A stretch of DNA of 21,524 nt from a virus (lineage: Duplodnaviria; Heunggongvirae; Uroviricota; Caudoviricetes): IMG/VR virus record IMGVR_UViG_2663762839_000009, positions 1 to 21,524 of that record. The stretch is one strand, 5' to 3'. This document shows, piece by piece, positions 16,333 through 21,524 of this stretch (position 1 is its first letter; every line of letters begins with the position of its first letter). The position numbers were made by a program, and so were the translations under genes. Below the pieces are notes generated by a model, which ran no database searches, had not been told where the DNA came from, and saw only the letters and a list, made by a program, of their open reading frames with translations.

Positions 16333-16626
16333 TTATTGCAGTGTGCCTGATGCTTTATGCACGCGGTGGCGTTTAATGATGGCATCCGCTCCAAAAGACT
16401 GTGCAGATGCCTGAAATTCCGCTGAGAGAAACTGAATAATTGCAGGACTGTGATACTGGAGAATACTTGCATAAACGTCACAGAGTGACGTCGGCCTGTT
16501 ATCCGTATCACGTTCTGTTTTCACATCCACTCCAATCTTTTCATGCACTTCAACACAGTCATTGCCTGCCAACTTTTCGTCATGCGAAACATGATTAAAT
16601 TCAAAAATAACGCGTACTTTGCTCAT
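16333..16626 (-). CDS. Small hypothetical protein, paralogue B of a tandem pair
   Basis: Start ATG at 16626 with AGGGG Shine-Dalgarno (the ORF track starts further upstream at 16653). N-terminus MSKVRVIFEFNHV... parallels MSKVVRIIFEYKEDV... of the upstream ORF. Confidence 0.5.
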   Translation of the reverse strand: MSKVRVIFEFNHVSHDEKLAGNDCVEVHEKIGVDVKTERDTDNRPTSLCDVYASILQYHSPAIIQFLSAEFQASAQSFGADAIIKRHRVHKASGTLQ

Positions 16627-16630
16627 GGAA

Positions 16631-16903
16631 TTACCCCTGTTGATTAAATTCATTACCGTTAATAACCCCGGAAGCCATGCCTCTGTCTTTCATGAATGCA
16701 CTGGCTTTCATTGCCACAAACTCTGCGAAGTTTCTGCTTTCTGCCAGCATAACCACCCCAAAAATCATGGCGGGTCCATTATCTTTCTTCTTTATTCCGG
16801 TTGAACGTATATCCAGACTTACCCCTCTGTGCGTGCTGCCATCAGAGTTTTTGCAGATAACATCTTCCTTGTATTCGAAAATAATGCGTACGACTTTACT
16901 CAT
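16631..16903 (-). CDS. Small hypothetical protein, paralogue A of a tandem pair
   Basis: 90-aa ORF with GAGGA Shine-Dalgarno; shares N-terminal and internal motifs (AEF.A.KAS.F) with ORF 16333..16626. Confidence 0.5.
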   Translation of the reverse strand: MSKVVRIIFEYKEDVICKNSDGSTHRGVSLDIRSTGIKKKDNGPAMIFGVVMLAESRNFAEFVAMKASAFMKDRGMASGVINGNEFNQQG

Positions 16904-17181
16904 CCTCTGGTCCTCGTTCTGTTTGGATAACTGACCCGGCGTCTAACCTCACGGCAGAACCGAATCATGGCATTAAAGGCTTCTTCCTCCGTCACCGCTT
17001 CCGGTATCCCCGGAACCAGTAACTGCTCCTGTTCATCACGTCCATGACGCGCCATAACCTCAATCACATGCCGTACCGTGGCAGGCTTTCCGGCAACTAT
17101 CGGCAATGCACCTTCCGGCAGGACGTAACCAAACTCAATAAGACCACTCGACCACGCCCATGCAATGAGATTTTTTTTCAC
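16900..17181 (-). CDS. Hypothetical protein (93 aa)
   Basis: ORF in the tightly packed early operon between B and gam. Confidence 0.45.
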   Translation of the reverse strand: MKKNLIAWAWSSGLIEFGYVLPEGALPIVAGKPATVRHVIEVMARHGRDEQEQLLVPGIPEAVTEEEAFNAMIRFCREVRRRVSYPNRTRTRG

Positions 17182-17182
17182 C

Positions 17183-17437
17183 TCACACCTCCCAGTAAAC
17201 CGTGCAGCCGCTGATGCGGGTGGCCTTCACACGGCGGCGCAGGCCGTTGGTCTGTATGGTGATTTCAATTTCACCGGTTCCCTGCACGTTGCCTACCGGC
17301 GGCGTGGTTTTCAGTGCAAAACGTTGCGGATAGCGCTTACTGCGTTCCAGTACCGCACCGGCAAGTTCGGTCAGACGGCGCGCGCTGTTCAGGGAGTCGA
17401 ATAAATTCATTTTGTTACCGCAGGATTGCATATTCAT
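17183..17437 (-). CDS. Hypothetical small early protein (possible kil-region gene)
   Basis: ORF 17183..17449; the internal ATG at 17437 is preceded by GAGGTG, so this is the likelier start. Position downstream of B. Confidence 0.4.
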   Translation of the reverse strand: MNMQSCGNKMNLFDSLNSARRLTELAGAVLERSKRYPQRFALKTTPPVGNVQGTGEIEITIQTNGLRRRVKATRISGCTVYWEV

Positions 17438-17449
17438 ATAACACCTCAT

Positions 17450-17677
17450 TTAGCTGACTTGTTTCGCACCAACAGAACGGCATATTCCGCTGTAAACTTC
17501 TGTCGCACCTTCGCGATCAAGTCCGGCAGATATCACCATTCGTGTGCGGTCATTAAATTCAAAAAGTAAATCGCCACATTCTTTATTTTCGGCCAGTGAA
17601 ATCACCTTCACGTTATCGAAATTAACCAGGTAAAAGCGTCCGTAAATATCAGGAATATTAAATACCGCCATAATCAC
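17450..17677 (-). CDS. Hypothetical small early protein (75 aa)
   Basis: ORF starting 4 nt inside the end of the B gene (translational coupling). Confidence 0.45.
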   Translation of the reverse strand: MIMAVFNIPDIYGRFYLVNFDNVKVISLAENKECGDLLFEFNDRTRMVISAGLDREGATEVYSGICRSVGAKQVS

Positions 17678-18615
17678 ACCTGTGAGAGTAATTCAGGGTT
17701 GGTATAAACCTCTTTAAAGGCCGCATTAATATGTTTTTCTGTCAGCGCCGCGCCTTCACCGCTGGCGGTGAGCCACGCCTGGTTAAGCGTATGTGTCAGA
17801 ACGCGTAACGCTCCCGGCTTTTCAGCGATAGCCTGCATGACGGCCAGCTCGGCCTCACCACTGATCCCCCACGCCATGGCAATGGCCAGCACATCCGCCT
17901 TTTTGGCCTTGCGAAGTTGTTTTGTACGGGCAAGACGGCTGAACAGGCGCGATAAATCATCAAAGGCGCGGCGTCCACCTTTAAACAATCCGCGCGGGTT
18001 ACCAATAAGCACCATCCCGATCCCCGTGGCGTCCTGAATTGCCCGGAGTTGCTCCAGACCGTCAATACCAAGATGATCCGCCTCATCCACAATCACCAGT
18101 CCACGCGTTCCCATCAGGCGACGGCGGATGGCGCGGGATAATGCCCCTTTGTTCGCGCGGGTGTAATCAATCCCCAGCGCATCGGCCAGCTCCAGCAGAC
18201 ACTCCGTGACGCTGGAGTGCGCGGGTGACAGGGTGATCATCCAGGTGTTTGGTTGCTCCTGGCAGTAATTACGGGCAGTGGCCGTTTTACCCACACCCGG
18301 TACGCCCACAATAACGTTAATACAGCCCATCAGGCGAACCGCCTGAAACAGTGCGCGCAGCTCCTGGACTGTCTGAGTTTCCACAAACTGCGGCGGTTCC
18401 GGCAGTGCGCTTTGTTTATTCCAGTTCTCATACCAGGAGCGCAGGGAAGCAGCCACAGCAGCGTTATCGCCTTTATATTTTCCCTTACGGAAAGCCGATA
18501 ATGTGCCGTCGGAAATTCCCGCCTCTCTGGCGATGGCATACTGCGTCAGTACGCCGCCATCAATAAGTTCATCAATGGTCTTGATTACATCGTTAATATC
18601 GGTCATATTATTCAC
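17674..18615 (-). CDS. MuB-like transposition target-capture ATPase
   Basis: 313-aa ORF with N-terminal HTH-like region and Walker A motif GVPGVGKT; located directly downstream of the transposase gene as in Mu. Confidence 0.85.
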   Translation of the reverse strand: MNNMTDINDVIKTIDELIDGGVLTQYAIAREAGISDGTLSAFRKGKYKGDNAAVAASLRSWYENWNKQSALPEPPQFVETQTVQELRALFQAVRLMGCINVIVGVPGVGKTATARNYCQEQPNTWMITLSPAHSSVTECLLELADALGIDYTRANKGALSRAIRRRLMGTRGLVIVDEADHLGIDGLEQLRAIQDATGIGMVLIGNPRGLFKGGRRAFDDLSRLFSRLARTKQLRKAKKADVLAIAMAWGISGEAELAVMQAIAEKPGALRVLTHTLNQAWLTASGEGAALTEKHINAAFKEVYTNPELLSQV

Positions 18616-18688
18616 CTCGCTTGAGACAGCATTCTCCGAGACTGAAACCTCAAATAACCTGAGTCACCCCTCGGGTTATTTTTTTATT

Positions 18689-20446
18689 TCAGGCCAGCGG
18701 ATCACTTTCTTTTAATTTCGCTTCGAGCAGTTGCAATCCCCGCTGGAAATTACGCTCGTATTCTTCATCAGGTTCATCGTCAGCGACCGGTTGCTGAACG
18801 GTCACCGTATTACCCACAGGGCGGTATATGTTTTCCAGCCAGGGCTCCTGCGGCTTGTGCTCCAGCACGTTGACAACCTCATCCTCGACATCACGGATTT
18901 TTTCCTCTGCGCGTTTACGCATGCCTTTAAGGCGCTGCTGCTGTTTGTAGTATTCCGCGCTGACAGGGAAGGCTTCGCGTTTATTGCCGTCCCATACCGC
19001 CTCGCAAATCACGCTGCCATCCGGGCGGCGCACGGTAATTCGTTCGGCATCATGAATGTCATAGCTGATAAGTACCTTACGGCCATGCTCGTCACGCAGC
19101 TCGGGCGCGTAGTAAATATTATTCAGCCAGCGTATTTCACAGCGTCTTACAGGGCGCTCCACCATCGGCCGGAACATATCCCGCAGTTCAACATCGGACA
19201 GCCATTCAATTTCCGTGTCCTCTTCCGCCAGGCGTTTTTTTCTGAACTCCGCCGGGCTGTAATGTTTACCGTTCGGCTTCATGGGTAATTCATCGTGCGG
19301 CCGGTTGTTGTACCACTCAACACCGTCACGAATGGCATCAATCAGTTCAGACCAGGACGGTAAATCACGCATCGCTGACTGCTGCCGGGCGTTCAGCCGT
19401 TTGCCCTGTTGCAGGGCACTGAATGCCGAGCGTAAATCGCGGTTGGTTTTACGTAACGTCTCGCGATCTGCTCCTTTCCCGAAATAGGTGCGGTATTTAC
19501 GGGCTATGCGCATCGGTAATGTGCGGTTAAGCCGTTCGATAATGCCCCGTCCCTGCGGATTACCGGCAATCCCTGTCGGGTGATTAATCCCCAGTCGTGG
19601 CAGTACCCGGCCTTTTTGTTTCACCACTTCCGGCAGTTTCTTCATTGCGCGGCGAATGGTGTCATAAGAGGGCATGATATCGAGCATATAAGGCTCATCA
19701 GCGTGCCGGTGCTGCCATTCAGCAACAAAATCCTCGTAAGCCTCGGTCATTGGTCGGCCGTTTGACTGGCGATACTGCGCCAGAAATTCGGGCAGCCAGT
19801 TAATATCTTCGGCTTTTATTTCCTGGCGTTTACCCGGTGCCAGTAAAAGCAGGCGTTCAGCGGCGTTCTGTGCCTTGTTAAAGGCCGCAATCCAGCGTTT
19901 CAGCGTGATTTCACTCAACGCGCGGCTGTTTCCCTTTTTGGCGTTCGCCGTCTCAACCATTGCCACAATGCGCTCGTCCAGTTGTGATCGTGCCAGGCTG
20001 TTAACGAGGAACCGGATAGCCTTAGCGCAACTAAAGCCGGGTTGTTGCGCGATTTTCAGCACCTCGCTGACGATCGCTATTCGTGCCTCTGCCACTTTAC
20101 GTTGGTTTTCAGTCAGGGCATTGAGGCGTTCGACCATCAGTTGGGGTGATCCGCGATATGCCTCCACCGCATCAACCACGGCAGGTGAGCGTCTGGCCTT
20201 TGTCACCACCGGAGCCGGTGATTCATCGGCTTTTTGCGTCATCAGTTGCAGGGCGTAGCGTTCACGTAATGCCTGCTGCGTCACTTCAGGTAAACAGTCG
20301 ATGCTGTATTCAGTTGCTTTAGAGCCTGAGCGACGACGGGAACAACAGCTTTTCCCTTGTACGTAACGTTGTAATGCCTGGCGAATACCTTTTGTTGTAG
20401 CAGGCATTCCGGGCGCGCCAATCAGTTCTTTTGCAATGACATACAT
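18689..20446 (-). CDS. MuA-like transposase
   Basis: 585-aa ORF following ner. Contains integrase-core-like motifs (...GNPQGRGIIERLNRTL... and ...WYNNRPHDELPMKP...) and a C-terminal region resembling the MuA C-terminal domain (...RPDGSVICEAVWDG...IYRPVGNTV...DDEPDEEYERN...). Confidence 0.8.
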   Translation of the reverse strand: MYVIAKELIGAPGMPATTKGIRQALQRYVQGKSCCSRRRSGSKATEYSIDCLPEVTQQALRERYALQLMTQKADESPAPVVTKARRSPAVVDAVEAYRGSPQLMVERLNALTENQRKVAEARIAIVSEVLKIAQQPGFSCAKAIRFLVNSLARSQLDERIVAMVETANAKKGNSRALSEITLKRWIAAFNKAQNAAERLLLLAPGKRQEIKAEDINWLPEFLAQYRQSNGRPMTEAYEDFVAEWQHRHADEPYMLDIMPSYDTIRRAMKKLPEVVKQKGRVLPRLGINHPTGIAGNPQGRGIIERLNRTLPMRIARKYRTYFGKGADRETLRKTNRDLRSAFSALQQGKRLNARQQSAMRDLPSWSELIDAIRDGVEWYNNRPHDELPMKPNGKHYSPAEFRKKRLAEEDTEIEWLSDVELRDMFRPMVERPVRRCEIRWLNNIYYAPELRDEHGRKVLISYDIHDAERITVRRPDGSVICEAVWDGNKREAFPVSAEYYKQQQRLKGMRKRAEEKIRDVEDEVVNVLEHKPQEPWLENIYRPVGNTVTVQQPVADDEPDEEYERNFQRGLQLLEAKLKESDPLA

Positions 20447-20447
20447 A

Positions 20448-20696
20448 TCATGACGCCTTTCTCATATAGCTCTTAACCTGGTATCGACTGGGCCAGATTT
20501 CTTCAGGTGATACCCCAAGAGCATCAGCAATTATTTGCTGATACGGTCGGCAAGGAGTACGTAATACGCTTTTCAGCGAATCCCTGCTGTAACCAGCCTT
20601 TAAAGATAAAGAGCGCAGTGATAAGCCAGCCATGTGTAAGCGCGCCTTGATGATTTCAGGCGGCCAATCGTGATCTGAAACTTCTCTTCTACTCAT
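20448..20696 (-). CDS. ner: Ner-like DNA-binding regulator
   Basis: 82-aa ORF (...DWPPEIIKARLHMAGLSLRSLSLKAGYSRDSLKSVLRTPCRPYQQIIADALGVSPEEIWPSRYQ...) recognised as Mu Ner / E. coli Nlp family; AGGAAG Shine-Dalgarno; first gene of the early operon. Confidence 0.85.
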   Translation of the reverse strand: MSRREVSDHDWPPEIIKARLHMAGLSLRSLSLKAGYSRDSLKSVLRTPCRPYQQIIADALGVSPEEIWPSRYQVKSYMRKAS

Positions 20697-20886
20697 ACTT
20701 CCTCTATTCTAAAAAGTTACCCGCGCGGATATTCGTGCGGATATCTGTACGGGTAAATAATGCATCACCAAAAATACCAAACCAAGGTATTTTTGGTATT
20801 TTGGCTAATTTTTGCTTTTATCCTTATTTTTCAATTGGATAAATAGAAAGAAACCTTTCCTTAGAAAAGCACCAAGAGGTATCTTT
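20697..20886. promoter_or_regulatory. Divergent early/repressor promoter-operator region
   Basis: 190-bp AT-rich intergenic region between divergent ner and repressor genes. Contains a perfect 12-bp inverted repeat ACCAAAAATACC-n7-GGTATTTTTGGT (20767-20797), direct repeats GCGGATAT at 20725-20732 and 20737-20744, and an enclosing TTACCCG/CGGGTAA inverted repeat (20717-20723 and 20750-20756). Confidence 0.6.
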
Positions 20887-21417
20887 ATGTCGCAGGGAAA
20901 AGAACCTGTTATTGAACGTATTGGAATGCTTACAAAGCGCTACCCTTCAAGAAGTGCAGCTGCCAGAGCGTGGGGAATCAATATCAACACATTAAACAGC
21001 TATTTCAAGGGAGGACAAACACAACCAGCCCCCAGAGAAAGTATCCTTATACGAATTTCTGAAAGTGAAGGCGTTAGTCTTGAGTGGCTTAAAGAGGGCA
21101 AGGGTGAATTACCAAACGATATTGGTATTTATGGTAATTTTGGTTGTTCTGGTGATAAGGGAGATCAGCTTACACAGATGCTTTCATTCCTTACGAAAGA
21201 CGAACGAGAACAGTTAACCAATCTCCTTGCTCGCAAAGGTGTAGAGACGGTTCTGACACTGCTGAATAAAGAAAACCAAGATTTATTACAACTAGAAGGC
21301 AGGAAGCGCCTGGCTGCGTTGATGATTGTAGATATGCCAGACGATTGCGTCAGAGAGATTTTGGAAAAAACCGAGACAAGTAGGCAATCAAATCCGGTAG
21401 AATCTAAAGCGGGTTAG
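20887..21417 (+). CDS. Putative prophage repressor with CI-type (phage 186 CI-like) HTH
   Basis: Start ATG at 20887 with AAGAGG Shine-Dalgarno (the ORF track starts at 20812). N-terminus ...SRSAAARAWGININTLNSYFKGGQTQPAPRESILIRISESEGVSLEWLKEGKG resembles the CI-repressor HTH domain; divergent from ner as the Mu c repressor is. Confidence 0.6.
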   Translation: MSQGKEPVIERIGMLTKRYPSRSAAARAWGININTLNSYFKGGQTQPAPRESILIRISESEGVSLEWLKEGKGELPNDIGIYGNFGCSGDKGDQLTQMLSFLTKDEREQLTNLLARKGVETVLTLLNKENQDLLQLEGRKRLAALMIVDMPDDCVREILEKTETSRQSNPVESKAG

Positions 21418-21524
21418 TTTGGCGAGGCTGGCCCGTATGTTAGTTGCCATATAGATTTAATGAAGTTTTAAACGCTTTAAAAAGTTGAGATCGCAGTATC
21501 AAAAGTTTTGCCGATTTTAGAATA

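Larger units (their letters stand above)
2650..21524 (-). mobile_element. Degenerate Mu-like transposable prophage (continues beyond the window end)
   Basis: Mu-like gene order repressor | ner-A-B-early genes-gam-gemA-Mor/C-lysis-gp26-gp27-terminase-portal-F, then deletion scars; host yncE is truncated at the right-hand edge. Confidence 0.8.

Noticed and set aside
18731-20258. Plus-strand ORFs antisense to the transposase gene (18731..19288, 19875..20258)
   Set aside because: Antisense to a recognised transposase; no independent support.
21418-21524. Phage left end (attL, transposase-binding repeats) at the window edge
   Set aside because: No Mu-end-like sequence with terminal TG and CGAAA-type repeats was recognisable in the last ~100 bp; the end probably lies beyond the window.
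1-21524. CRISPR arrays, tRNA/rRNA genes, IS elements
   Set aside because: No regularly spaced direct repeats, no tRNA-like or rRNA-like sequence, and no IS-type terminal inverted repeats with a transposase were seen; the only transposase is the Mu-type A gene.

Overview
The window holds a short stretch of enterobacterial host chromosome (ansP, a REP element, the 3' half of yncE) followed by a degenerate Mu-like transposable prophage running from about 2650 to beyond the window end. The host identification rests on recognising the AnsP and YncE protein sequences and the convergent ansP/yncE arrangement. The prophage keeps the Mu gene order on the minus strand: divergent CI-type repressor | ner-A-B, an early region with gam, gemA, a Mor/C-family activator, a SAR-endolysin/spanin lysis cassette, gp26/gp27-like genes, large terminase, portal and F. 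After F it jumps out of frame into a 5'-truncated baseplate gene, a tail-fibre gene and an inverted tail-fibre-assembly fragment that abuts truncated yncE. Capsid, tail-shaft, invertase and right-end genes are absent, so the element looks unable to make virions. The best candidates for an undescribed function are the AT-rich convergent gene island upstream of gemA (12610-13761), the unassigned early-operon genes between gam and that island, and a small gene that copies the C-terminal tail of the gp27-like protein immediately upstream of the large terminase. No function could be assigned to any of these from sequence alone. Nothing here was searched against a database; all calls are from reading the translations and the DNA.
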